Source of the DNA: Diplonema japonicum
Lineage: Eukaryota; Protista; Euglenozoa: Diplonemea
Direction: 5' to 3'
Length of the DNA: 64,000 bases
Assembly (NCBI GenBank): GCA_964019335.1
Contig: OZ025706.1
Location: 1-64,000, forward strand
In this document: positions 41,720 through 53,500 of the stretch, piece by piece
Layout of the letters: the number at the start of each line of letters is the position of its first letter
How positions within the stretch are numbered: position 1 is the stretch's first letter
Position numbers and translations under genes: made by a program
The notes under the pieces: generated by a model
Seen by the model: only the letters and a program-made list of their open reading frames with translations
What the model was told of the DNA's origin: nothing
Databases searched by the model: none

Positions 41720-43036
41720 CTACAGCTTAGCCTTAGCGATCTTCATGACAGCTGCGCCGAGTGCTTTGGCATCGTCTAGTTTGTTATAACAGAAGACAGA
41801 GACTCTCATGTAGAGCACGCCGTCCAGCTTCTTCACAGGGCACTCTATGGCGTGCTCATGGTGAAGGATGTCCTGCAGCGCAGACGGGTCGCTGTCCTTG
41901 AAGGCATGCTGCACGTGCGACGGGAGCTCGATGAGTCTGAAGATGGGTGCTTGCAAGAAGGACGGGTACACTGGTGAGGTGCCCCACTCATTGCATAGGT
42001 GTGCTTCACATTCGTCAGTCAGGTCCTTCAGGCCGTCTACAAGGGTGGGGTTCGCTTCCCACAGGTCAACAGCCCACGGTATGGTAAGCCAGGAACTGTA
42101 GTCCACATGCCCGTGCCAGATGGTTCCCGAGGTGATGGACTGCTGGCTGCCATGTGACACGATGAGGGGGTTTTTCACAGTTTTTTCAAATCCGCTCTTC
42201 ATGACGACGACCCCCACGCCGCTAGGCGTCCCGAACCACTTGTGCCCGTTGGTCACCCAAGCGTCTGCAGCCATGGTGCTGAGGTCCTTCTTGAGCATGC
42301 CCAGCTCATGCGCTGCGTCGATGATGACAGTCGAGTCGGGGGCGTGCTGCTTGATGTGCGCGGCCATTTCGTCTGCCGGCCATTTGATGACACTATTGCT
42401 GCTGATGCCTTCGAGCAGGACAAGCGTGTCGTGAGCGACATGCGGGACGACGTGCGCATCGAGCCACGACAGCACATCGCGTGCAGAGGTCCATGTCTTG
42501 ACCACAGCGATGGGGACGTCCACGAGATGGACAGCAGGCGTGTAGTGGTGGGCCATCTTCTTCACAGAGCCGTAGGTGGTGGTGAATATGATTGTTTTAC
42601 GGATCTTTTTCTCGGCTTGAATATTAGAAAGGAGGCAATTAAGTCCGTAGGTAGCATTTGGGAAGAGGAGGAGCGACTGCTGCGGGCAGTGCAGGTACCG
42701 TGAGAGCCTGCGAACGGCGAGGACGGCTGTCGGAAGCAGCAGCCTGTCGATGAAGAGAAGCGGCTGCCTCCTTTGCACTGCACGCCACTTGTCTGCGATA
42801 ACCTGCAGACAGTCGAATGACCCGCCAAAGGCGCCATGGTTGAGAAACACAAAGCCAGATTTTTGTACTTCTTTGTGGCCTAAATAAACCCCCTGCTTCG
42901 CCACCTCCTGCAGGATTGCCTCGTTCAGTCCCGCCTCTTTCAAGTACTCAATGTCGTCAGATGGGCTTTCGTTCTTGTATCTGATCAACACTTCAACAGG
43001 TTTGTTGAAGAATGACCCAAACTGCTGGACAGCCAT
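41720..43036 (-). CDS. PLP-dependent class-V aminotransferase-fold C-S lyase (L-cysteine desulfhydrase / Egt2 / isopenicillin N epimerase family)
   Basis: FLNHGAFG, PNATYGLN, IDAAH, TNGHKW (PLP lysine) and RVS...YN. The Phe-rich N-terminal 84 aa of the listed ORF is low-complexity UTR. Confidence 0.85.
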   Translation of the reverse strand: MAVQQFGSFFNKPVEVLIRYKNESPSDDIEYLKEAGLNEAILQEVAKQGVYLGHKEVQKSGFVFLNHGAFGGSFDCLQVIADKWRAVQRRQPLLFIDRLLLPTAVLAVRRLSRYLHCPQQSLLLFPNATYGLNCLLSNIQAEKKIRKTIIFTTTYGSVKKMAHHYTPAVHLVDVPIAVVKTWTSARDVLSWLDAHVVPHVAHDTLVLLEGISSNSVIKWPADEMAAHIKQHAPDSTVIIDAAHELGMLKKDLSTMAADAWVTNGHKWFGTPSGVGVVVMKSGFEKTVKNPLIVSHGSQQSITSGTIWHGHVDYSSWLTIPWAVDLWEANPTLVDGLKDLTDECEAHLCNEWGTSPVYPSFLQAPIFRLIELPSHVQHAFKDSDPSALQDILHHEHAIECPVKKLDGVLYMRVSVFCYNKLDDAKALGAAVMKIAKAKL

Positions 43037-43551
43037 CGGAAGGTGTGTCTGTGCGTGTTGTCCCCCAGAGATACCAAGCAAATTAAAAAAAAAAAAGACG
43101 AAAGAGAAGAAAAAGGGAAAAAAAAAAAGTATGAAAGGGTAAAAAAAAGAAAAGAAAAGAAAAGAAATAAAAAGAATCGAAGTTTTCATTTTTCTTCTTC
43201 TTTTTGTAAGGATACAAAAAGGTGGGGAAAAGGGGAAACAGGAAATAAAAAAAGGGGGGGGGCACGGGGGTATGGGTGGGTAGAACAATGAGGAGAAGAA
43301 GAAAAATAAATAAAAAATAAGAAACAGAGAAGTAAAATCTACAATACCACTGTTAGGAATTATTAAAGGTACTAATTTAGGTTCTTTCTAAAGAAGAAAA
43401 TTGGTCTGAGAGATTTATTTGATGCCTTACCAAAAGAGGAAAAAAAAGCACTTACCTTAGCCTCATATTTCACGCGCCGGGGAGAAGCCCGGAGAAGTTT
43501 CTAAAGTTCACATAAATCGTGTCGCAAGCCAAACCCGTTCTTTATTGCCTT

Positions 43552-43590
<39 letters not shown>

Positions 43591-44667
43591 CTAAATTCTT
43601 AAAAATGCCCAATGTAATCTTAATTAAAACTGCTAGAAGTCCCCTTTGCCTGTGGGTGCCCTGAGTTCGCTTTGGACATTTAGAGATATGAGGCAATTTA
43701 TTCTCTCGTTTTTCCCCCATTCTTTTCCTTTTTTTCCCTCAAGATTTTCTTAAAAATTAAAAAGGGGGGAAGGGGTTTGTGTTATTTAAAGCGATGACGG
43801 AGGGGGAAAAAAATATAAGAGGTAAAGAAGGGGGGGGGGGGGGGAAGCGGGGGGAAATTTTCACTGTTACAATGCCCCCTCTCTTTTTTTTTTCCCAAAG
43901 AAGAATCATAAGAAAAAAAAAGGTTTTTCCCTTCTTTTTTGTTTTTCTTGTTTTTTCTTCTTTTTTTTTCCCCACTCTCTTATACATATTCGGACTTTCT
44001 TTAAAATTCTTCATTCTTCATTATTTTTCCTCCTCAGGTGGGGGGGAGGGGGGGGTGATAAACAGGTACCGTGCCGTTCGGCAATTCATGTCAAAAAAAA
44101 AAGAATATAATACAGGTAAACAAAAAAAAAACAGTAAAGGAGGGAGGGGACGTACCAATAAGGGAGTATTAAATCGATTTGGCCTTTCAAAAAAAAAAAT
44201 AATGGACAAAACAGGAGGAGTCACAAAAATAAATATTGAAAGGATAATCTCGTACTTTTTAAGGGGAATGAAATGGGCACTGCACTAAAAAAAAGGGGGG
44301 GGGAAGGGGGGAGGATGGGAACGGGAGGATAAAAAAAGGGCGAACTTATGTGTTTTTTTTTTCTTAAAGAGGTGTTATTTTTAGTCCCTTTTTCTTTTTC
44401 CCTTCTAAACGGAGGGGGGGAGGGGAGAACAATGGGGATCGGACAGAATACGGGGTGGGGGGGTGGGTAAAAAATATTATTTTGAACTTTGTTCCCCCTT
44501 TTGTTTCCTCGTTTTTTTTTTTTTTTTCTTCTTTTTTTTTCCCATCATTTTCTTAAAGTCGGTGCGATGTCTTCTTTCTTTTTCTTTCTCTTTTTTTTTG
44601 CGGAGAATAAAAAAAAAAAAAAAAAAAAAAAAACACTTATGTGCCTCGAGGATACATTCCTTTTTCC

Positions 44668-47600
44668 CTATTTTTTATTCATGTTGAATATCTCCATCAC
44701 AGTGTCGACGATAGCTCGACGTTTCTCAGACAAGGGGGAAGCTGCGGGCGACATGTCCCGTTGGGTTTTGGTCCTGTCGTAGCTCTGCCTGGACAAGGGC
44801 GCCGTTTTTTTCGCCTGCGTGAAAGTGATGGAAGGCGACGCTGGCGTGGGCTGTGGTGTGGGCCCAAGAACATTGCCGAAACCCCTGCACTCTATCCCCG
44901 CGTTGACCGCTAGCGCAGCAAGCTTTGTGATGAACGTCCTGCGGTCCCTTACATCAGAGTACTCCGGCAGCTGCCCACCAGTGCCCCTTACGTCGTCTAC
45001 CTTATAAGCAACAAGCTGGTTTCTCTTCGGGTCGTACTTCAGAGCGACTGCCTCCAGTAATGTCACCCCGCTCACCTTGAGAGCCACGTACCCGACATGA
45101 GCCACGAACTCCACCAGCTCGTTGCCGCCTGATATGAAGGACACCTCACGTGTTGCACTGTAATCCTCGATCTCTGCTGTGTGTTTGCTTCTGCCGTTTC
45201 TCGCTTCTTTTTTCTTCGCTAGATCCATAGTCGGAGATCTCTTGAAGGTCTTGGCAGGCGCTGTTGCGTGCCTCTGGAAGGATCTCCCCTCGTCGCTCCT
45301 TGCGGACAGTACTCCGTTCGTGGATGTGGACGCTGTTGACAGTGGTGACATGACACCCTTCGTTTTGCTTTTCTTCGGTTCTTCGTTTTGGTCGAGCTTT
45401 CCGCTGCTGCGTCGCTTGATGAGCTCCATGTCGACGCGTGGTCCTATGGACTGTGCCCGTGCCCTCCGTGTCATCGGGACACCGTTCCTTTCCCCTACTA
45501 CCGTGTTCCGTCTTTCCCGCATGCCGCCTCCCGGCGATGCTTCCCTCACCATGGTTTTCTTCACCACCGTCTCTGGCTTGTCTTTGGCCACAATCGCCGC
45601 CGCCATTGTCTCTGGTGCACTGCCCCGCCTTTCCTTGTTGTGCACTGGTGTATCCCCAAAACCGCTGTGGTGGATCGAGCCCCTTCTCTTAGCCGGCGAC
45701 ATCCCAGCCGCCTCTTTCATTTCCCGTTCTTTGTTCAAAATCGCTTTCCGTTGCAGCCAGAAATTCTGCCTCGCCAGCCCCGACCCTGTTGTCGGTGTAG
45801 GCTGTGGCGTCTCGACGACACGCGGTGTGGGGTCGCTGTGAGGTGTGGATGCAGCAAGGAGGACATACATCTCGATCTTTGTGGTGGACTTCCTCCTTGC
45901 TGAAATGTTCCCTTGACTGGGAGACGGCTCGGCCTGCCTCGTGTTGACCACCTTGACGCTGGTCTCATGGTCAGTCCGCCTGTGCTGTGTTACAAAACCA
46001 AGGAAGCATACCTTTCGTATCCCCCGGCTGGTGTCCGCACCAAGGCAGGAGTGATGGTAAGCGGGTTGGGTTGGGCGGACTTCGGAAGAGTCTCCAACTG
46101 TCTGCGCTCCACAAGCGACGCAGTCGAAGTCTGGCGCGTGATGCTCTCGCTTGTTTCGCTGGCGACCCGCCTCTGGTCATCAACTGTCATTGGTGAAAAG
46201 AAGCGCTGGACGCCTTTCTTGCTCTCATCCAACCGGCTGTTGCTCTCTACACTCCTGTGGCAATGTGTGGTGTGATGTGCTGCATACTGTGCTGTCTCGT
46301 CATCGCTCACGGACTCACAGACGCTGACTTCCAGTAGTCTCTTATCCAGCCCCTTGGGCTTTTCAGTCTGCGGGGAGGTAAGGGAGTCCGCGGAGGGCGC
46401 AGTGTGAATGCTGGGGACTTTAGGGATGGAAGAGAAGGGCTGGGGATCCAATGCTTGGACGACCGGATGGTCTGGGTCTGGGTCTGGGTCAGGGTCAGGG
46501 TCAGGGACTGGGTCAGTGACGGGGGACGTGGTGTCAGCTGGACCACGGAGTGGGGACATTGGGGGCTCCTCGCTTTCAGGGGGTGGGCACGGTGCGGGGG
46601 CCACTAAGGGGGATGCGGCGCCGTCGAGCTGTGACTTCTGTGAAGATCGCAGTCTTCGCATGCTGCTCCTGGGCGATGGAGAACACTCCCTCATGGAGAG
46701 CGAGCCCTCTTGTAGGTGCTCGGACAAACACTTGCACAGATGGATCAGCTGCAGGTTGGACGTCCCTGGGTAGTCGTTTTCATAGTCATCGACGACGAGG
46801 TTCAACAGCTCCGCCAAGAGCTCGAAATCTTTCATGCTGGCGTAGTCTGTCAGGAGTGAAAGGTCAGGGTTGAAGGGCATACCGGTCGAGTCGGCGTTGT
46901 CTAGCCACACGTTGGCTAGCTCTAGATACTTGCTTATTTCACTAAGGGTCTTCTCCAGGTAATCCAGATCAATCTCTTCTGCTCGCAGGTATGCTTCCTC
47001 TAAGCAATTCCGCTTCTCAGCCATTTCTTCGAGTATTCTTCGTTGTTCTTTCACTTCTCGTATCTCCGTCTCAAGCACCTCCGTACCTTTCTCATCTAAC
47101 ACCAGTGCAGACGCTTGCTGTACATAGGGAATGAAGAGGGGTATAAAAACAATGGATAACACACCTTCACAGGCAGCGGGCAAAACGGCACGTTGTCCGT
47201 CCTAAGCATCCACTCCTGCTTTTCCAACCCTTTAACATTGCAAAGGACAGTCACCTGTGTGCATAGATAGTGGGAGGTGCAGTCATACGCTGCTATCATT
47301 CTCTGGAACAAGACACCCATCTAAAGGTGGCTGTGAGGGGGATAGGGGTGTGTCGTTGATGGCATTCGTTATTTCTTCCTAGATAGAAATTGCTTTTTTT
47401 ATTATGTTTGTTGCACACACCTCTGATATAGTACACTCACTGCCATTTCGTTGGCAGCTTGTAAGTTGCGCGAACATAGTAGTGGCTCCCTGTTGTGTAT
47501 AATGGTGCAAAGGACTGGTACCTCACGTAGCGTGTCTCGGATGTCATTTCTGAAGACTGGGACTGGTGGCCTGCACGTGTTGTCCTTCGTCCAGTAGTTG

Positions 47601-48712
47601 AAAGGACTTGCTGTTGGGTTGCACAATGTGTCTCTCTGATCCTCTGGGTCCCACCGCGCGCATCCTTTTACGCAGCTGTAGTCGTAGTCCATGACCTCGA
47701 TGGCGATGTTCATTCCCCTGCCCCCACCGTTCTGAACGATCTCGCGTACGCTGAGCATCCTCCCAGCGCCACCGACGATGAGCGCAACGGATACGTCCTG
47801 TGTTGATGGGTATCCGTGATGGTGGTACCATACCGGATGTGCTGCCGTTAGGTGGCTTATCATGGCTCTCAGCTTATCGAGGAAAGGCTTGGCCCCCTCG
47901 TGCAGCTGCTCTCGAGTTACGCTGACCTTCGCACCGCTGAGTTCTATCACAGCCTCTCGTAGGGATGAAAGGTCTTTCTTCGCCTTTTCCACCGCCGCGT
48001 TAAGCGTGACAGGGTGGTGCAGGTACACGTTCGGCACGTCAACGTTGTTGAGGAACATCTTGTCGATATCGTAGCCGCCCAAGCGCATTGCCTTTGTGGC
48101 CACGATTTCTGATTTGTACTTGCTGACCTCCACGATGGACGCTGAGGTGAACCTGCACCCTACGTCCACCACAAGGCAGCGCTGTGCTTTGGCGGATGCT
48201 TTCAGAGACTGCGATCTGCTGTAGTGCATCGCTGCAGCAAGCGTGCTGTAATAGATGTTGAAAATACAAGATTTAAATACACACCTTGGGATGAACGTCA
48301 CATTTTTCAATCCAGCAGCAAAGGCAGCAGTTTTAAGCCTTTCAAGCTCCATCCCCGATAGGCCTGCAGGGGCCGACACCACACACGACTTGATGGCTCC
48401 GTGAGAAGAGATGCTCTTTTTCAATTTGTCGAAGATCATTGCAAGGGCAAGTTCCACACTCACTTCCTTCTCCCCCCTGCGGTGGCATAACTTCGCGCGT
48501 CGTCTCGCCTTCAGCGAGGCGGTGAGATGCCGCAAAGTGTTGCAGTGCCTTGTTTCAAGCTCTCGGCACGCATCTTTGCCGACCAGCAACTGGTCGGTCA
48601 GCGCCACAACGGTCGGGGTCACGGTCGAGGAGGAGGGCTCTGCCACTCTGCCATCGACGCAAACAGTTACCCTGCTGGTCTGTGAGCCTACATCAAACCC
48701 TGCTACGACCAT
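44668..48712 (-). CDS. Atypical Hsp70/Hsp110-like protein with a long disordered tail, about 8 tiny introns
   Basis: GFDVGSQT, TPTVVA, PSTLAAA, VVDVG, GGYDID and VGGAGRM. GT-AG introns (e.g. 48246-48284) join ORFs 47402-48712, 47096-47320, 45990-47183 and 44668-45951 in one frame. Confidence 0.7.
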
Positions 48713-48784
48713 TACTTCTTAATATGTGTTGTGGCATTTACTGTGATAAAGTTAAGGTTGGTTCACTTTAAACGATAAATGCAA

Positions 48785-50847
48785 CTATGCCTGGTCAGAC
48801 CCCGACCCAAACCAGCAGCGCCCAAGGAAGCCTGCAAAAAGGACGGGGAGAGCGAAGAAAGCAACACGTTTGTAGCTCGAAATAGGAGGTTCCACACAGA
48901 TCGTGTCTTGTTCTGTTGCCATCTGCTTCACGATGATATTCCTGACTGAAGTCTCATCAGTGCTGGCCATGTGCCTCATTGCTTCTTCTTCGAAGACGGC
49001 CAACTCCAGCAGAAGCGAGCACATAATGCCAGTCTCCTCTGAAACAATGGTCTTTGCGATGGCAGTGCGCTCTTCATCCAATTCTGCAAGTAGCTCTGCA
49101 GTGCTTCTGAAGTACTTTTTGTCTAAGCCACTCTCCAGCTCTGCGGTGTTACTCTCGGTTCCCTCCTCGAAGGCATCCACTAGACTGTTCACAAGCTCTA
49201 TCATCTGCGCCATGTCAAGCACCATGTCTACGGTGGAGTGCTTCACCCACTTGTTCGCTAAGTCCAAGTATTTTAGTTTGTCAGGACACGCAGCTTCAAA
49301 CTCCTCGGGGTTGTCCATGCACTCAACGCGCAGCGTCGCTTCTTCAAGATCGTTGCGCCGCTCTTCCAGTTCCTTCATCATTTTGTTATGCTCTTGCAGC
49401 TTGTCCATCTTCGCCCGAACCTTCTTCGAGCATCCGACCAGCGGGGAATACACTTCTGCGTCCCCCTCAGGTCCACCAATTCCTAATGCTATCTCCTTAC
49501 CCTGCCCCGTCAGCTTGTACACCACCGTCACCTTGTGATCGCTGCTGTCTAGAGAACCGTGTAAAGGGGGACTCTGTGGAGGCAGAGGTGTTGCCTCGTC
49601 GTGTGCTAGGAGCAGGTCCTATGGTGATTGAACAGGCGTTCTGGCATACCTCGTGGCTCACTTTATGCTCCTTGTCGTCGATACCTTTCAGATGTTCATA
49701 TACAAAACTGCTCCCCTGGTTATTAGTGGCACGCAAACTGGTTACCATACCTCTTCCTCCTTCGTATGCGTTACGCTATCCCTGAACACCATGACAGGCT
49801 CGTCCCCTTTCCTTGTCCAGTAGGCAAAGGGGCGTTCGCGTGGCTTCGGTAGCTCAGATGAGCTGCTGCTCACTTCTTGCCATTTTGCACACCCCTGGAC
49901 AGAACTGTACTCAGGATCCATGACCTCGATGGTGATCTTTCTGCCTGCACCCCCACCGTTTTCAACCACGTCGCGTACACTGTGCATCCTCGCGGCACCC
50001 CCAACCAACAGTGCCACGACCACCTCCTGATGGTGTGATTTATACTGATTACATTACGGCATACCGAGTGCTCGATAACTAGCTGGCTGACCATAGTCTT
50101 GAGCTTCTCCAAGAACGGCTTCGAAGCCTGTTCAAGCTGATCCCTGTTCACAAACTGCACGTGGTTTCTCAGCTCCAGCTTTGCCTCGGGCATGACGGCA
50201 AGGTTCTTCTTGGTTGTCTCCACCGCGGCCAGCAGAACGTTCGGGTGCGTGCCCTCAGCAGAGAGCTTCAGGAAGTCAAGGAACAACTTGTCGATGTCGT
50301 GGCCGCCCATGCGCATGGCTCTGGTGGCTATAATCTTTGACTTATGCTTGCTGACCTCCACGATGGATGCCGAGGTGAACCTGCACCCTACGTCCACCAC
50401 AAGACATTTAGTGTCCGGAGTAACACAGTACTTAGACCACGCGATTGCTGCTGCAAGTGTGCTCGGGATGAACGTTACATCTTTTAATCCTGCTGCAGTG
50501 GTGGCAGTACGGAGCCTCTCCACCTCCATGCGCGACAAGCCATCCGAAACGGAAATCACAGTGGTGTCTTCACCGCTCATATTCAGCTTTTTCAGGATCA
50601 TCGCCAGCGCCAGCTCTACGCTCACTTCCTCCTCGCCTCGGGGATGCTTCAGCTGTACGTCATGCCTCACCTTCAGGGCTGCAGGGAGATGTTGGACCGT
50701 GTTCAGATGCCTCGTGCTAAGCTCTTTCACTGCTTCATCAGTCAGAAGCATTTTATCTGTGTAGGCTATCACCGCAGGGTGACTGCTCGACTTCTTCCCA
50801 TTGTTAACCTTGATGCTCTGCGACCCAGCATCGAAGAAGATCGGCAT
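48785..50847 (-). CDS. Atypical Hsp70/Hsp110-like paralogue with a C-terminal transmembrane anchor, 3 introns
   Basis: FFDAGSQS, PSTLAAA, CLVVDVGCRFTSASIVEVSK (identical to the neighbour) and VGGAARM; ends KRVAFFALPVLFAGFLGRCWF. Confidence 0.72.
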
Positions 50848-50907
50848 TGCTCCTGTGTGTGGGGGTGGGCGTGTTGGGCAGTAAAACTAACGATCGATAC
50901 TAAAAAA

Positions 50908-52392
50908 CTACGCAAGCAGATCAAGCAGGTCATTGATCTGCACGTCCTCCAGGCCCAACCTTCCGAAGAAGTCGTTGGCAGGCGCCACAAATGATGGATG
51001 GAAGAAGCGTGCGATGAGCAAGCTCAAGGCCGTGGCGGCTCTTTTGCTCAGGGTGTTGACTTTCTGTGCAGGGGCAAGAGTCTCGTACACCTGGTTGAGC
51101 CACGTCACGAAGGTAAGGCGTGTTGTATGGGCAGCGGCGAAGGACGGGGAGAGAATGATGGTGATGTCGGAGGTCACCGCTTGTAACTGCTGCAAGGCTA
51201 AGGCTTTGCGCCGCATGGCTGCTTCCTCGTCACCCGAGTTGATACCCATCGATGCCTCGTCGCCTTCCTCAGGAGCCACGACGTCTTTCCCGATACCATG
51301 CATCACCACTTCGGAGCTGGCTACTCTCTTGCATGTCTCAGGCGTCACCCAGCTGCCGAGGGTCTCATAGACTTGCGTGTAAACGGGCCATTTCTCGAAC
51401 AACCACGCATGTGCCTCAGCAAGGCACGCCGCAGGCTCCTCTTCGTCCTCGTCCTCCTCTTCCTCTTCCTCTTCTTCCTCTTCCAATTCCTCGTGATGTG
51501 CAACCTGTTTGTTTTGAACAGCAGCCTCGTACTCTTTCCACAATTCTTCTTCTTCTACTTCTTTGGGGACACGTTTGTCGAAGTCCTCTTTTCTCCGTGG
51601 CTCCACAAGCTGCTTTCCTCTTGTGGGTTTAAGCAACCTCGCGGGTTTTTCCTCCGTAAGCTCAATTCCTTGGGGAGTTTGTTCTTTTTTAACTGCTTTT
51701 GGTTGTTCCGTCTCTTTTTGTGTCTTGCTTTCCTTCGGTTTTACGGCTTCGGTACTTTTCTTGATCGGGGTCAGGGTATCACTGGCAACCACGATACCAA
51801 CGGGTGCGCCAGAGTTGGCAGGCCGCTCTCCTTTCAGGCGGATGTCCTTGTTGATGGCTCGGAGGTCGTCTACTGAGAGCTGTGGGAAGAGAGACAGCAG
51901 GGTTGCCACGATGTCGCTGTTGGTAACGTAGATGTTGTACGTGGGGAGCGTGGCAGCGAGCATGGAGGATGCTTTGTGGCACTCGCGGCTGCAGAAGAGC
52001 TTGCGCGTAGTAGTCTCGTAGACACGCTGCTGCTCAAGGGAAATGCGGTACGTCTTCTTATCAAGATCGAAGTCTGGGATCTTCTTCCCACAAGCAACGT
52101 ACCCACACATCAGCCCAGCTGTGCGCTCCTCCACTATGTCCGCGTGCTTGTGCGCCGTCACCAGCGGCTTCACCATCTCAACGAAGGCGAGGGTGCACTC
52201 CCCCTGCAGCTTCTGCTGAACCCGAAGCAGCGCTTGGTCCACAAATCTCTTCCATGAAATCTCCGATTTGTCCGTTCTCTCAGGCGTCACTTTCACGATT
52301 TTTTTGACTTTCTTCCTTTTCCCTTTCTGCGCTCTTGCCGTCTCTGATAGCCCCATCTCTGCAGCGAGGTATCCTCGCCCGGATTGCGACAT
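50908..52392 (-). CDS. RPAP2: RNA polymerase II CTD phosphatase Rtr1/RPAP2 homologue
   Basis: DIVEER...CGYVAC...YRISL...VYE...FCSREC..AS zinc-finger domain; the likely start is MSQSGRG. Confidence 0.85.
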   Translation of the reverse strand: MSQSGRGYLAAEMGLSETARAQKGKRKKVKKIVKVTPERTDKSEISWKRFVDQALLRVQQKLQGECTLAFVEMVKPLVTAHKHADIVEERTAGLMCGYVACGKKIPDFDLDKKTYRISLEQQRVYETTTRKLFCSRECHKASSMLAATLPTYNIYVTNSDIVATLLSLFPQLSVDDLRAINKDIRLKGERPANSGAPVGIVVASDTLTPIKKSTEAVKPKESKTQKETEQPKAVKKEQTPQGIELTEEKPARLLKPTRGKQLVEPRRKEDFDKRVPKEVEEEELWKEYEAAVQNKQVAHHEELEEEEEEEEEEDEDEEEPAACLAEAHAWLFEKWPVYTQVYETLGSWVTPETCKRVASSEVVMHGIGKDVVAPEEGDEASMGINSGDEEAAMRRKALALQQLQAVTSDITIILSPSFAAAHTTRLTFVTWLNQVYETLAPAQKVNTLSKRAATALSLLIARFFHPSFVAPANDFFGRLGLEDVQINDLLDLLA

Positions 52393-52474
52393 TTTTTTTT
52401 CTTTTTTCCTTGGTGTTCCCTTTCGTTTCCTTACTTGCAGGGAAAGGGGTAAGAATGTTAAAAAAAAAAAAATG

Positions 52475-53191
52475 CTACAGCCCACCCCCGTACCCTGCCT
52501 GGCGTAGGATGCGCTTTTCATCCTCGATGAAATTGATCCCCCCTGTGCTTTGCATGCCCTTTGCTCGCTTGCGCTTTTCTTTGTATTGAAAGCTCTTCGG
52601 GTCGCTGCTGGCACCTTCTTTCGAACGGGGGTTGAGCCTCTCTGTCCAGTCTGTGTCACGCCACTCAGCGTACCGTTCTGCAGCAGTCTTGCGTTCTTTA
52701 AGAGCAGGTTTCTTTGGGGAGGCGGTGGTGGGGGTGGGGGCGGCGTTGTTCTTTGTTTTGTAAGAGTACCCACTTGCCCATTGGTTGAGCGTCTTAGCGT
52801 CTTCTTGTGTTTCTTGCTGCTGTTGTGATTGCTTCAAGGTGGCAGCTGCTGCCGCACGCATTTGAATCTTGAGGTCGTTGTTTATCTTCTGTTGTGCTTC
52901 CTGTTCTTCTTTTTCGGCGCGATGTGCTTCCTGTAAGCTATCTAGCTTTTCTTCTAAATGCACCTCTGCAACCTCAGCCTCGGTGGCACGTGCCGACCGT
53001 ACCAGCTGGCTGAAAGGAGAGTCTTCTGCTAGTTGTTGCTGTATGTTCAACCCACCTTCCAAAATATCAAGCGGCACAGCCGGAACCTTACTCTCCTGAC
53101 CACCCTTCTTTTTTGCAACTTTTCGCTTCTTCTTCTTCGGTTCCTCCCTTATCTCTCCTATGAAGTTCCCTTCACTGTCGTAGTCCGACAT
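52475..53191 (-). CDS. Hypothetical charged nuclear protein
   Basis: 238-aa ORF with an NLS-like PKKKKRK; the C-terminus KEKRKR...NFIEDEKRILRQ looks conserved but I cannot name the family. Confidence 0.7.
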   Translation of the reverse strand: MSDYDSEGNFIGEIREEPKKKKRKVAKKKGGQESKVPAVPLDILEGGLNIQQQLAEDSPFSQLVRSARATEAEVAEVHLEEKLDSLQEAHRAEKEEQEAQQKINNDLKIQMRAAAAATLKQSQQQQETQEDAKTLNQWASGYSYKTKNNAAPTPTTASPKKPALKERKTAAERYAEWRDTDWTERLNPRSKEGASSDPKSFQYKEKRKRAKGMQSTGGINFIEDEKRILRQAGYGGGL

Positions 53192-53333
53192 TATTTTCTC
53201 TCTTTTTTTTTCTTTCTCGTGTTGTTGCTGAAGAATATGAAGAAAAGAAAAAGTGTAGAATGAAAAAGAAAAGACCGAAGAAAGGGGGGAATGTAAAGAA
53301 AAAAAAGTTGGGCGGGAGGGGGGGGGAGGGGGA

Positions 53334-53364
53334 ATTCACTGATGGGGGAACTGCCCACCAAAAA
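53334..53364 (-). promoter_or_regulatory. Recurrent intergenic motif, internally deleted copy 3
   Basis: Minus strand TTTGGTGGGCAGTTCCCCCATCAGTGAAT keeps both flanks of the 57002 and 23228 copies. Confidence 0.4.
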
Positions 53365-53500
53365 AAAAAATGACACTATTCTTAGAAACATAAAAGAGAC
53401 ACTTGAAGAAGGAAAAAAAAGGGGGGAAAAAAATGTTACAGCGTGGTAGTATAGAAGAAGTAAAAAGAAGAAAAAAAAAAAAAAAAAACAGAGGTGTCTT

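Noticed and set aside
43043-44782. Phe/Lys-rich short ORFs here and in other long spacers, and the many plus-strand ORFs
   Set aside because: They are products of A/T homopolymers or antisense shadows of minus-strand genes.
47300-47380. Suspected frameshift in the Hsp70-like gene
   Set aside because: Recounting the G-run shows the frame is continuous (TPLSPSQPPLDG) once introns are removed. No evidence for programmed frameshifting or a variant genetic code was found in the window.
52392-52773. Apparent overlap of the RPAP2 ORF with the upstream gene
   Set aside because: The extension is an alternative frame of the upstream CDS plus spacer; the real start is most likely 52392.
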